From: Centroscyllium fabricii
Lineage: Eukaryota
Assembly: GCA_051313645.2 (NCBI GenBank)
Contig: JBNRSN020000015.1
Coordinates: forward strand, 52,514,001 to 52,578,000
DNA length: 64,000 nt
Direction: 5' to 3'
Part shown: positions 35,747-48,132 of the stretch, piece by piece
How the letters are laid out: each line of letters begins with the position of its first letter
Position numbering within the stretch: position 1 is the first letter of the stretch
Notes under the pieces: model-generated
The model's database searches: none
What the model saw: the letters and a program-made list of their open reading frames with translations, nothing else
What the model was told of the DNA's origin: nothing
Made by a program: the position numbers and the translations under genes

Positions 35747-36233
35747 AATCAAATCAAATCAAATTCAATTTATTGTCATTGCATAGCAAAACACAATACA
35801 ACGAAATGCCTTCTTGCAAACTTCCCAAGAATGATGCAGATGTTAAAATGTCCATTGCTTTAAGTCCCAGACTGTTCAACTCCATGTTGGCCCTGGTGCT
35901 CCGACCACGCAGGCTCCGGCGCTCCGAACTCGCCGACCCCCGACGCCACGACCACCTCGGTGACCACGCAGGCACCGGCACTCCGACTCTGCAGGACCCA
36001 GTGCTCCGTACTTGCCGACCTCCGGCGCTCCGACCTCGTTGACCACGCAGGCTCCCCAGTGCAAACATCCCGGCGCTCCAGCAAGTCCGTTGCACCGACC
36101 TCAGTGAACCACCACGCCGAACCCGACATCCCCGCCGAGCGAACAGACCCAGGACTACCAGCGGACAGCATCCCCCGGGAGACGCAAAGCCGCTGCGTGT
36201 ACACGTGCCGCCATCTTGCCTCCAGGTGTTCAA
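35747..36233 (-). mobile_element. Short non-autonomous LINE derivative (5' end joined to 3' end, (TTTGA)n tail), possibly Rex1-like
   Basis: 5' GGCAAGATGGCGGC motif; 3' GCAATGACAATAAATTGAATTTGATTTGA tail; CpG-rich body; interrupts the Penelope RT frame. Confidence 0.65.
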
Positions 36234-37091
36234 GGAGATAGAAGTGAGCTGTGCGGGGTTGGGGAACTATGCCATCGGGGGAAGAGCTCCAGAGGAGATG
36301 AGGTCAGTGACAGTCTTGGAAACAGTGGCTTGATGTTCAGTGGTGGGGTCATGGTCCAGCAGGAGGTAGGAGGAGGTGTCGGAGAGTTGGCGTTCAGCCT
36401 CCGCACAGTGGGGGTCGGTGCGCCAAACAACAACAGCACCACCCTTGTCAGCGGGTTTAATAACAATGTTGGGGATGGATCTGAGAGAATGGAGTGCTGC
36501 AAGTTCAGAGGGAGGTAGGTTGGAGTGAGTGATGGGAGCAGAGAATTGGAGATGGCCAATGTCACGCTGGCAGTTTGCAATGAAAAGATCTAGAGAGGGT
36601 AAAAGGCCAGAGGGAGGGGTCCAAGTGGAATGAGAATTCTGAAAGCAGAAGAAAGTGTCAGCCGTGTGGAGGGAAGATTCCTGCCTAATGAAGTGGGCAT
36701 GGAGACGAAGGCGGTGGAAAGAGAGCTCAGCATCGTGCCGAGCTTGAAATTCATTGAGATGGGGGTGTAAGGGGATGAAGCTCAGACCTTTGCTAAGGAC
36801 TGATCGTTTGAGGTCAGAGAGGGGAAGTTCAGAGGGCATAGTGAAAACGCGGATGTGGGTGCGATTGGGGAAGAAGTTTCCGGAGGGGCGTTGGTGTCCA
36901 AGTGTTGTTAAAGCTTGCGATCCTTGACAAATGAAAGGAAGAAAAAAAAGGTTTTTTGTTAAAGCGCCAGATGAGGCGAAGGATAAAATGGAATTGCGAA
37001 CCAGGACAGCTTTGAGATAGAGTGATTTGGTACTGCTGAAGAGAGAGGTCGAGGGTGTGCATGTGGCATCGCATGGCATTCAGCGTGGTTC

Positions 37092-37520
37092 GGGCGGCAC
37101 GGTGGAATTAGTGTTAGCACTGTTGCCTTACAGCACTAGAGACCCAGGTTCAAATCCAGCCTCGGGTACGATCTGTGTGGAGTTTGCACATTCTCCCCGT
37201 GTCTGCGTGGGTTTCCTCCGGGTGCTCCGGTTTCCTCCCACAGTCCAAAGATGTGCAGGTTAGGTTGATTGGCCAGGATATATTGACCCTTAGTGTTAGG
37301 GGGATTGAATATGTAGGGTTACGGGGATAGGGTGGTATATATGGGGTTACGGGGATAGGGTGGGATATGTGTCGGTGCAGGCTCGAGAGGGATATGGGGA
37401 CAAGGCAGGAACAGGGTACTGGGTTTGGATGATCAGCCATGATCTCATTGAATAGCGGAGCAGGCTCGAAGGGCCGAATGGCCTACTCCTGCTCCGATCT
37501 TCTATGTTTCTATGTTTCTA
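37092..37520 (+). mobile_element. tRNA-derived V-SINE (HE1-like)
   Basis: Same family as 29101-29519 with A/B boxes, V-domain and (TTTCTATG)n tail. Confidence 0.9.
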
Positions 37521-37558
37521 TCTCAGGATATGGCGAGAGCAGTGGTTCGAGAAAAGCT

Positions 37559-39820
37559 GGGGGTGATTTTCCAGTCGGTACGGGAAGCTGGCGGGGAATG
37601 GTCGGCTCGGGTTTCTGTCCTGCCCACCCAAGGGCCTGGAAACCCGACAAAATTTTCCTTGAATCAATCAATTAAATCCCCGCATGCGGGGAGCCCCTGG
37701 TAATTGTCTCAATCGAGTCGGCAATCAGGGAGCTCCAGCTGGCTGCGAGGAGCTTGACAGACAGTTCCAGGGACTGGTTGTTGACAGTTCCCATGGAAAC
37801 ACTCCACTGTGACATCACAGTGGAGTGCAACCAATCGCAAAGGCCAAGTGCTTTGACAGACAGGTGGATGGGCGGGCTGCAAATCTTTGACAGAAGAACA
37901 TAAGAAATAGGAGCAAAAGTAGGCCAATCGGCCCCTCGAGCCTGCTCCGCCATTCAACAACATCATGGCTGATCTGATCTTAACCTCAAATCTACTTTCA
38001 CTCTCCATCTCGCCTGAACCCATGCGATCTGAATGGAGAGAAACTTCAAAGTGCTAAAGTACAAAGGGATCTGGGGGTCATCGTGCATGAAACACAGAAG
38101 ATTAGTATACAGGTACAGCAGGTAATCCGTAAGGCCAATAGAATCTTGGCCTTTATTGCAAGGGGGGTGGAGTATAAAAACAGGGAAGTCCTGCTGCAAT
38201 TATATAGGGTATTGGTGAGGCCACATCTGGAATACTGTGTACAGTTTTGGTTTCCATATTTGAGAAAGAATATACTTGCTCTCGAGGCAGTTCAGAGGCG
38301 AAAAATCAGACACAAATCCAGTGGCTAATTTGGGAGAACAAATCTGGGAAATTCCTCTCCGACCCATCTCGGCGATCGAAACTTGTCCAGGAGATCACAT
38401 GGTCGATCTGAACCAAGCCTCACGTCCACTTACTTGCCCGCTCACCGTAACCCCTAATTCCCTTTACTTCCAAGAAACTGTCTATCTCAGTTTTAAACTT
38501 ATTCAAAGTAGTAGCTTCCACAGCTCTCTGTTGCAGCAAATTCCACAGACCCACCACCCTCTGAGTGAAGAAGTTTCTTCTCATCTCAGTTTTGAAAGGG
38601 CAGCCCCTTATTCTCATATTATGCCCCCTAGTTCTCGTCTCACCCATCAGTGGAAACATCCTCACCGCATCCACCCAATCAAGCCCCTTCACAATCTTGC
38701 ATGTTTCGATAAGATCGCCTCTCACTCTTCTGAACTCCAGTGAGTAGAGGCCCAACCTACTCAATCTTTCCTCATAAGTCAACCCCCTCATCTCCGGAAT
38801 CAACCGAGTGAATCTTCTCTGAACTGCCTCGAGAGCAAGTATATTCTTTCTCAAATATGGAAACCAAAACTGTACACAGTATTCCAGATGTGGCCTCACC
38901 AATACCCTATATAATTGCAGCAGGACTTCCCTGTTTTTATACTCCACCCCCCTTGCAATAAAGGCCAAGATTCTATTGGCCTTACGGATTACCTGCTGTA
39001 CCTGTATACTAATCTTCTGTGTTTCATGCACGATGACCCCCAGATCCCTTTGTACTTTAGCACTTTGAAGTTTCTCTCCATTCAGATAATAATTTGCTCT
39101 TTGATTTTTTTTGCCAAAGTGAATAACCTCACACTTTCCAACATTATATTCCATCTGCCAAATATTTGCCCACTCACCTAGCCTGATAATGTCCCTTTGC
39201 AGGTTTTTTATGTCCTCCTCACTCACTGCTTTCCCTCCCATCTTAGTATCATCGGCAAACTTGGATACGTTGCACTCAGTCCCTTCCTCCAAATCGTTAA
39301 TATAGATTGTAAAAAGTTGGGGTCCCAGCACTGATCCCTGCAGAACACCAGCTAGGGACAATCTGTCAATGCAGCGTCAATGGAGCTGGCAAGTTAAGAT
39401 TTTTAAAGTTTTTTTTCCCACAGCTGGTCTTCACCCAAGGGAGTCACTTACAGCTCCAGGGTATTGAAGGCCTGGAAAGCATTCAGCTCTAGGTCCTTCA
39501 ATACCTTGAAGAAGAAAGTGACCAAGGCCACTGTGATCCCATTGGGTTTCACCAGGAGAGTTTCAGGATGGCGGGGTTTGGGTGGGAAGGGGTGGAAAAT
39601 AGGTGAGGGCCCTTAAAATGGCATTATGCAGACCAATAAAGGGCCCTCAATTACTTTACTGAGCATCCCCGCCGGCGGCGGGCGGGAAAGTTTCAGGACG
39701 GCGGGACACGCCATCCGAAACCTACAAGCCGGCGGTGATCTGACGGGGGCGGTGGGGGTCGTGATTTTAGGCCCTGCCCCACCGGATTGCCGCCCTCACG
39801 GACTGAGGAAAATCCCCCCC
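37559..39820. mobile_element. Non-autonomous Harbinger element containing a CR1 insertion
   Basis: TIRs GGGGGTGATTTTCC / GGAAAATCCCCCCC; right end resembles the left end of H3; Penelope sequence continues on both sides. Confidence 0.75.
37893..39361 (-). mobile_element. 5'-truncated CR1 LINE (RT C-terminus, 313-aa open frame, and 3' UTR) with internal inverted duplication
   Basis: GVLQGSVLGPQLF, KFADDTK, RPHLEYCVQFW; tail ...CCTATTTCTTATGT near 37900. Confidence 0.92.
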
Positions 39821-40783
39821 GCCGAATATCTTGGAGATATCTGTAGTCCTGGGTGGATCCTAAACATTTCAATTGGAATCCACATGGAGTAAGTCGGAGC
39901 CAGAGACAGTTGCTGAGGAAAGAGATGTGGCTGTGAAACCGAGTTTTGGTCGATGCATGATTAAACACGAGAAGGGAGACAGAAAGCAATGAAGATAAAC
40001 AAGGTAAAAGAGACAAATGGAACTCCCGTCAGAGAGAAGAACAGAATTTCTTCAAGGTGGGCATTCCTGGATGAGAAGTGGCAGTGAATTAAACACTAAT
40101 TCACTAAACACATAGTTTCTATGTTTAATACAAAAAGAATATACTGCAGATGCTGGAAATCTGAAATAAAACCAGAAAATGCTGGAAAACGCAGCAGTGC
40201 AGGCAGCATCTGTGAAGAGAGAAACAAAGTTAATGGGGGGGATTTTCGGAGGGCCGTGCGTGCGGGTTTCCAGCAGGGCGGGGCTTAAAATAGCAAAACC
40301 GGGGGGACCCGACCACTCCCGCCGGATCTCCGCCGCGTTGCAATTTTCGGACGGCGCGTCTAAGCGGCCCGAATCTTTCCTGCCCGCTACCGGCGGGAAT
40401 GCTCGTAATCCTCATTAAGGGCCCTTTATTGCTATGGATAATCCCATTTTAAGAGCCCCCGGCTATTTTAAAGCGTTTCCCACCCAAAACCCGCCATCCT
40501 GAAACCCCGCCGGTGAAACCTAACAGGAACATAACCAACCGGTTACCTGATTATCAGCAGCAGGTCCATTATTACGATTCACATTTAAGCTGCCTTCATT
40601 GGCAGCTGGGAGGACAGTCAGTCTCAGGCCTGGGGCAATCTGTTGCAGGCTTCACTAGTCTCTCGGAAGGCTCCAGCCCCACACACTTCTGCAGTGTAAC
40701 CTCCTGGGAAAGCCCTCTGTCTACCCTCACTCAGTGCTACACCATCAGTCAGTGCTACCTCAGTGGAGGCAGGCACCAGAAGC

Positions 40784-41932
40784 ATGGGAGGCCTTTTTTT
40801 CCTTCCCTTCCTGGCATTAGAGGATCTCCAGCAGCGGAGGCAGCAGCAGCAGATACAGCAAAAACAGCAGATGCAGCAACAGCAGCAGAACCAGGAGCGA
40901 CAGGCTCCTGCTCACCCTCCGGAGACAGCACAGGCCAGAAGGAGCCAGCGCTTGGAAGCCCGTCAGCGCAGGAGATACCCCCCAAACAGGGTTTACAGAC
41001 ACAGGGCCAGCTATCTCAATATGACTGAACGGCAGTGCCAAAGGTGGCTCTGACTTTCACGACAGGTAGTGACTGATATCTGCGCAATGCTGCAGCAAGC
41101 CCTGGAGCCCAGAGCACCAGTCGGACACTCCTTACCAGTGGCCATCAAAGTCACCACCGCATTCAACTTTTTTGCCTCAGGCTCATTCCAGGGATCATCA
41201 GCCGACATCAGCGACGTTTCCCAGTCAGCCGCGCACACTTGCATCATGCAGGTAACTGATGCCCTCTTTGCCCTCGTGCACAATCACATCCATTTCACCA
41301 GGGATCGCACAAATGTGAGGGCGCGAGCGATTGGCTTAGCTCATATGGTAGGCTTTCCAAGGGTGCAGGGCATCATTGACTGCACACATGTGGCTCTTAA
41401 GGCACTCCATGCCAACCCAGGGGCTTTTGTCAACCGCAAGGGCTTCCACTCCCTCAATGTTCAGCTGGTGTGTGACCACAAGAAGGAGATTTTGCATGTA
41501 TTTGCCAGGTACCCTGGCAGCTGCCATGACTCTTTCATCCTGCGCCAGTCTACTGTGCCTCTGCTCTTCAGCCCACCACATGAACTTGAGGGATGGCTAC
41601 TTGGAGACAAGGGCTATCCACTGAGGACTTGGCTAATGATGCCGTTGAGGAGGCCAGCCAACGAGGCTGAGGAGCACGACAACTCCAGCCACATTTCAGC
41701 AGACAGGGTCTCCAGAATGGTCGTGGTCTGCTGTACACTGCACAACATGGCACAGTGTCATAGCTTGCTGATGCCTGACGACCAAGAAGCTCCTCTCATA
41801 CCCTCCTCAGATGATGATGATAATGAGGAGGAGGATGAGTACAAGGAGGAAGGTGAGGATGAGGACAAGGAGGGCAAGGAGGCCGTGGAGGCCACAAACG
41901 AGCATCCTGCAGAAGCCCGTCAACCAGCGTGA
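40784..41932 (+). pseudogene. Harbinger (HARBI1-like) DDE transposase with one premature stop and a C-terminal deletion
   Basis: [45 protein letters not shown]; stop at 41051-41053; region with the catalytic E appears deleted near 41695. Confidence 0.9.
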
Positions 41933-42232
41933 GCATTATGCAAGACCGTTGCTTCCTGGGCTGCAAGGAACGCAATCATCCTGGGCAGATTTGCTTAGCC
42001 TACTCAATGAAACACTTTTGACTCACAGCTTCCTAACTGAGCCATGGCCAAGACCCAGTGGATTCCTAGCTAGTTCTCCAGCATACTAATAATTGCAAGT
42101 ACTCATAAGCTCTCAATGTGAAATCCCTATGCGCTAAATTACGCACGTCACAACTCCAACAGTTGCCATCAGATTTTTACTACAAATTACATAACTGATG
42201 ACAACACTTCACCCAAGTGACTAGCCTTGTGA

Positions 42233-44177
42233 TTATTTGTGCAGTATCTTTCTCTTACATGTGCTCCTACGTAGTGGTTCCCCTGTGGCTTCAGCAGATG
42301 TGGAGGCCCCTTGCTCACTTCCCTGCTGCTCCTGTCTCGACACCTTTGGTGGGCGTCCTCTGGGGTGGCGAGCCTGTGAGGGCTCACCAGCAGTCTGCTG
42401 CTCCTGCGGCTGTGCAGGGGTTGGGATGCCTATCTTGCTTGGGTGTGGACTCTGGTGGGGCTCTGACCGAGGCATGGAAGTGTAAGCGCGTGGAGAGGAG
42501 ACCCCACTTCCTTAAGGTGTGCCAGCAACCTCCCTCTCATGGGTCAACTCCCCCTCAGTGTCTGCAAGTGGCTGGAGAACAACTTGCTGCACATCAGTGG
42601 GGCCATGGGGACCCGCATCTGCAATGGCAGTCCTTCTCAGAAGGACTTCCATGAAGGCCTAGTTTTGGTGTTCAATAGCTGCCCATCACTCCTCCAGAGA
42701 TGTCAGTTGATTCTGAACACTCACCATGGTTTCATCACTCCGGCGACTTACTTTTTCCATGGCTGTAGCTAGCCTTTCCATGGAGGTTGCCATCCTTTCT
42801 GCGGTGCAGCGTTCATGCACCTGTGACTCCACAAAGGCTCTGCTCATGTTAGCTATAAACTCCTCCATTTGCTCCACACTCGCAGTGACCCTGGAGACAA
42901 AACCTGCCAGAGACTCCTGCATCTGCTCATGGAGTTCCATCACCTCTGCTGTCGCGGAGGGACCCAGAGGCTGAGGGTCGACATGCAGCTGAGCTGAGCT
43001 GGCAGAGTCCGGCACCCTCCGACTCGGACTCTCTACTGCTGTCGCTGTCTCCACAATCTGCTGATGCTCACTTGTGAGCTGTGATTCACCAGGTGGCAAC
43101 ACTATGCTATGTCCCGAAGGTCCCACCGAGGATTGAGTAAATGCACTGGTGCTGGGTGCACAGAATTCTGCTGATGCTGCACCCTCAGAGGTTGCAGCTT
43201 CCTCTGAGAAGTCTTCAGCCTCAGCCTCATCCTCCTGCACAGTGGGGATGGGGGCTCTCGCTGGTCCTGTGGGGGAGTAAAGGAAAGTGTTAGAGAAGTG
43301 ATGGCAAGGTTATATGCACATTGCATCTTGCAGATGATCATAATTCGATATGATGTAGATTCACCATCATTATCTGCCACTATTGCGATGTCAAGAGAGA
43401 GATGGGAAACGATTCTGTCACCAACTTGTGATGATGCCCCTGTCTCTCCATCCCCAACTTGCGCCATCACTTCATCCCCGGCTACCTCCACTGCTGCTTC
43501 CTCCCAGTTGGTCAGGTGTGCGATGGAGGGTAGGTCTCCTCCTGTCATTGCTTGCTCCTGTCCATTATGAGCTCTCTTTTCCTGCAATGAGGGAGACAAG
43601 TTGAGGTTCAGTGAGAATGAAGGAGTGAGTGCAAAGAGTGCCAGACATAGATAGTTGGAGGGATACAGAAAGATGCAGTGAAGTAGCAAAACCAAGGTCC
43701 CTTCCTGTGTTCTGTCAGTTGTGCTCCAAGTATCAGAGTGAGAGGGAGTGTGAGGGTTGCTCAGTGGAATAGTTAAGTGTTTGCAAGCATAGAGAGAAAG
43801 GGAATGGTTAAGGGTGCATGGATGTGAGTGTGAAGTGGGGTGTAGCGGAAGAGATTGGTGAAGCAAAGTGCTGGTGAGGAAAGGCAATCGGGATCAGATT
43901 GAGGGTGATGGGAACTTCATACTTACTTTTTCAGATCGATGCAGGTCATGGAATCTCTTTCTACACTGGATCCACAAACAAGGTGTCAGGGCGACGGAGT
44001 TCACTGCTTCAGAGATCTGCTGCCAGGACAGGGAGGTCTCTTCCTCCCTGATGCAGGGAAGAAAAACTCCCTGTGGGCCCTAGCCCCCTCTACCAATGCC
44101 TGTAGTGAGCCTTCGTCAAACCTTGGGGCGGGTCAGGCCCTACCACAGACACCAGCTGCTGCAGGCTCCTGCTCCAT
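42233..44177 (-). pseudogene. Harbinger Myb/SANT-like gene, three exons
   Basis: Exon 1 ..PRFDEGSLQALVEG.. (~44177-43927), exon 2 EKRAHNGQE.., exon 3 acidic/coiled-coil ORF 42686-43240; homologous to 58012-60462. Confidence 0.8.
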
Positions 44178-44195
44178 TCTCTGTGCTGTAATGAG

Positions 44196-44566
44196 GATGA
44201 CACGGCGGTGCAGTGGTTAGCACTGCTGACTTGCAATAAGGAGCTCCTGGGTTCGAATCCTGCTTGGCCCGGGATCTCTCTGCGTGGAGTTTGCATGTTC
44301 TCCCCGTGTTTGTGTGGGTTTCCTTCAGGTACTCCGGTTTCCTCCCACCACCCAAAGACATGCAGGTTAGGTGAATTGGAGATACAAAAAAAATAAATTG
44401 ACCATGAGTATGTGTGTGAGATACAGTTCTTAGAGTTGGGGGTGTCAGGGGAGAGGGTAGGAGGGGGATGCTGGGTTTGGATGATCAGCCATGATCTTGT
44501 CAAAATGGCAGAGGAGGCTCGAAGGGCCAAATGGCCTACTCCTGCTCCTATCTTCTGTGTTTCTGT
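44196..44566 (+). mobile_element. tRNA-derived V-SINE, different subfamily
   Basis: GGTTCGAATCC B box, V-domain, CR1-type tail; TSD ATGAG at 44191-44195 and 44567-44571. Confidence 0.85.
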
Positions 44567-45850
44567 ATGAGAAGCCTGCAGATCGAGGAAGGCTTGCTGC
44601 GTGCCTAAAAAGCAACAGACATGATGACGTCATGCTGTGCGACTTTCTGACTGGAAACAGTCAATTGGCAGGGGCTCTGACACGCTGGGAATTAATTGGC
44701 CAATTGAGCCAAAATATGCGTGGGGCTCCCAGGCCCTTAGACATTAGGGACAGTAACCTGATCCGTCCAAAACCCGCCAGTATCCCAGACCTTTGCAAAA
44801 ATGCCCCCCAATGTTTCAGGTCGATGACCTTTCATCAAAACTGGAAAAAAGCAGGAAATGGAACAGATTTTTAAGCAAGTGAAGAGGCTGGGAAAGGGGG
44901 GCGGGATGAATGAACAAAAGGGAAGGTCTGTGATAGGATGGAAGGTGGGAGACAGTAAGAGATATTCAAGGCAAAAGGAGATGGTAATGGAACAGGTTAA
45001 GAAGCAGAGGATGGCTCCAGATGAAGTGTAAATTGTGCTGGCAGAATGAATGCACTGGACATCTTGGTGCAAGATGTGGAGAGAAAGAGAGACATCCTAT
45101 ATCCGCGGGGGTGGGGTGGGGGCGGGAAGAGGCAGTGGGAAGAAATAACGGCAGTGGTGAATACCAGGAGTGTTGCTCCAAGAACATAGATGCCGAGCAG
45201 GAAGAAGTTTAATGATCTGACATAAGTTGTTAAGGTAAGTGAGTTTATTTTCAAATGGCATATCCTACCACTTGCACCAGTAGCCTCATCCATTGCTCAA
45301 TTCACCGCACCCATCACCCACCTACCAACAGTCTCTATCAATCAGTACTTAACCCTTTAATCAATACTTTATTTCACCCTCACACATGTAGTATTGTTAC
45401 AAGCCTCGCACACACATCTCACAGCTTGCACACACTGGCAGCTAATCAACTATGACAGCCACATCAGCCAAATATATTGCAGGACACTCACTGATACACT
45501 TCCATAGCTCATGGAATAGGTAGGTTAGTGGCAGCTTGGATAAGGAATTGGCTTAAGGGCAGAAAACAACGAGTTGTGGTAAACAGCTGTTTTTTAGACT
45601 GGACGATCGTAGACAGTGGTGTTCCCCAAGGGTCAGTGCTGGGGCCACTGCTTTTTTGATATATATTTATGACTTGGATATTGGAATACAGAGTAGAATT
45701 TCTAAATTTGCCGATGACACCAAACTTGGGGGTGTGGCAAACAGTGATAATGATACCAATTGACTGCAACAGACATAGAAAGGCTAGCAGAATGGGCAGA
45801 CAAGTGGCAGATGGAATTTAATACAGAGAAGTGTGAGGTAATGCATTTTA

Positions 45851-46146
45851 GCCCTGTTCCTGGGACTAGGGACAGTGTCACTGGCAAGGCTTGCAAGCTA
45901 AGCAGAGCCAGGCCTGGTTAATACTTGGATGGGTGACCACCAGGGAATACCAGGTGCAGAAGGTCACTGAAAGGGGCCCCGGGGAGGGGTGGTTGGCTGA
46001 AGATTGTCAGAATGATGGAAAGATGGAATGGCGGCGTGCACAGACACAGCGGCTTTGCTAGACTCTTGGGAGCTTGCAAGATCACATTTGATTGTTCATA
46101 TACTTGTACATTGTATAATGACAATAAAGTTGAATTATTATTATTA
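45851..46146 (+). mobile_element. 5S rRNA-derived SINE (SINE3-type)
   Basis: 45895-45957 AAGCTAAGCAGAGCCAGGCCTGGTTAATACTTGGATGGGTGACCACCAGGGAATACCAGGTGC matches the 5S internal control region; tail GACAATAAAGTTGAA(TTA)n. Confidence 0.8.
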
Positions 46147-48132
46147 GGCAGCAGGAACAGGGAGAGGCAATAAACACTTAATGGCACAGTTTTAAAGAGT
46201 GTGCAGGGATAGACGGACCTGGGAGTAAATGTACATAGGTCCCTGAAGGTGGAAGGACATATTGAGAGAGTGGTTAGCAAAGCATATGGGATCTCTGGCT
46301 TCATAAACAGAGGTATTGAGTACAAAAGTAGGGAAGTTATGCTGAACCATTATAAAGCGCTGGTTAGGCCACAACTGGAATATTGCGTCTAGTTCTGGTC
46401 ACCACACTTTAGGAAGGATGTGAAGGCCCTTGAGAGGATGCAGAGGAGATTTACCAGAATTGTTCCGGGGATGGGGGATCTGAGCTACAAGGACAGGTTG
46501 GAGAAGCTGGATTTGTTTTCATTAAAGCAAATGAGGTTGAGGGTGATTTGATAGAGGTGTACAAGATTATGACAGGTCTGGATAGGCTAGATGGGGAAAG
46601 GCTGTTCCCACTAGTTGATGGTACAAGGATTGGGGACACAGATTTAAGGTTTTGGGCAAGAGATACAGGGGGTACGTGAGGTAAAACTTTTTAATGCAGC
46701 GAGTGGTGGTGGCCTGGAACTTGCTGCCGACAGAATTGGTGGAAGCAGACACAAAGGGGTAAATATTCCCTGAGGTGTGGGGTATTGGCAGATTTCCGGC
46801 AGGTCAGGTTTACCACACAAATCCTAGGCCTGGGAGCCCCATGCAATTTTGGCTAAATTGGTCAATTGATTTCCAGCGTGTGGGAACCCTTGGCAGGTGA
46901 GTATTTCCAGACAGAAATTCGCACAATATGATGTCATCATTGCTGGTGCATTTCTGGTCCACAGCAAGCCTTGCTTCTGTTGCGGACTGCCAACCTTTTG
47001 CCCTTTCATGCCAGAGAGACAAGGAGGCAGAATGACCATCGAGCGACCTAGGTCTGCTTCCAGGTTTGATTGATGTGGCCCTGCAAGCTTTAGTTGAGGG
47101 AGCAAGAGCTCATAAAGAGGTGCTCTTCCCTTCTTCAGGGAGGAAGAAGTCTCCCCAGCAGGCTGTGTGGATCCAGGTGGCAGAGGAGGGCAACTCATTA
47201 TCAGTACCCCGCAGAACCTGGATTCAGTGCAGGAAGAGATTTCATGACCTTCTGCGCACTGGAAAATTGAGGATGGAATTCCCATCACCCTCAGCCTGAT
47301 CCCCAATGTCTTTCCTCACCAGCACGCAGCTTCAGCAATCTCTTCCTCCACATCCCACTTGACACTCACATCCATGCACCCTTACCCATTCCCTCTCTCT
47401 CTATGCTCACATTCACATAACTATTCCACCATGCAGCCCTCACACTCCCTCTCACTTTGATGCTTTGAACACAACTGACAACACATATGGAGTGCCCTTG
47501 GTCTTGCCACCTCACTCCAACTTTGTCTCCTTCTAAGTATCAAGATAGGGACAGCAATGGAGAGTCCTAGTCGGAGGGCGCAGGACTCTGCCAGCTCGGC
47601 TCAGCTGCATGTCGACCCTCTGTCTCTGGGTCCATCCATAAGGTTGGCGGTGCAGGAACGCCAGGAACGGGTGCAGGAGTGGGTGGGTGAGCAGCAGCCT
47701 GGAGCTCCTGCTGCTGCTGTTCTTCCTGGTTCTGCCGATGCCACGCCTGGTGTGGGAGCTCATCTAATGCCCAGAAAGGAAAAACGTGAATGGCTTCCAT
47801 GCTTCTGGCATATGCCTCCGCTGAGGAAGCACTGAATGAAGGTGCCAAGAGGGGATTCCCAGGAGTTCACACTGGAAATGTGTGTGAGGCTCCAACCTAC
47901 CACAAGTGTGCTTAAGACTTCTAAATGTTGCCCCAATCCTGAAAAATAAGGTCTTGCCACCTGCATATGATGGCTGATTCAATCTCATGCTTTATGATGG
48001 ACCTGCTGCTGAGAATCAGCAATCCGATTGTGTCCCCACTAGGTTTCAATGGCGGGGTTTCCAGCTGGTGGGTTTTGTGTGGGAAAAGGCTGAAAATGGC
48101 AAGGGCCCCTTAAAATGGCATTATACATGTCA

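Larger units (their letters stand above)
34551..40016 (-). pseudogene. Penelope RT + GIY-YIG endonuclease ORF, fragmented
   Basis: IVIKPADKGGAVVVW, PGRPIISACSCP, GVAMGTGMGPSYACLYMG, WYIDD, KPTDSHSYL, GETK...EQHLIFRLGTLQPSGLN. Confidence 0.9.
40235..44809. mobile_element. PIF/Harbinger element H3 (transposase +, Myb -), most complete copy
   Basis: TIRs GGGGGGGATTTTCG / CAAAAATGCCCCCC; TSD AAT; two convergent genes. Confidence 0.9.
34136..45048 (-). mobile_element. Full-length Penelope-like retroelement P1 with direct pseudo-LTRs, carrying several nested insertions
   Basis: 11-bp TSD AATGCACTGGA at 34125-34135 and 45049-45059; terminal repeat 34136-34450 matches 40165-40234 + 44810-45048. Confidence 0.88.

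Noticed and set aside
41069-41932. Domesticated HARBI1 or MSANTD host gene
   Set aside because: Lies between TIRs with a TSD, has a premature stop and a deletion, and related decayed copies occur nearby.
45895-45957. 5S rRNA gene
   Set aside because: Only the internal control region matches, with substitutions, and it is fused to a LINE-like tail inside a CR1; treated as a SINE head.
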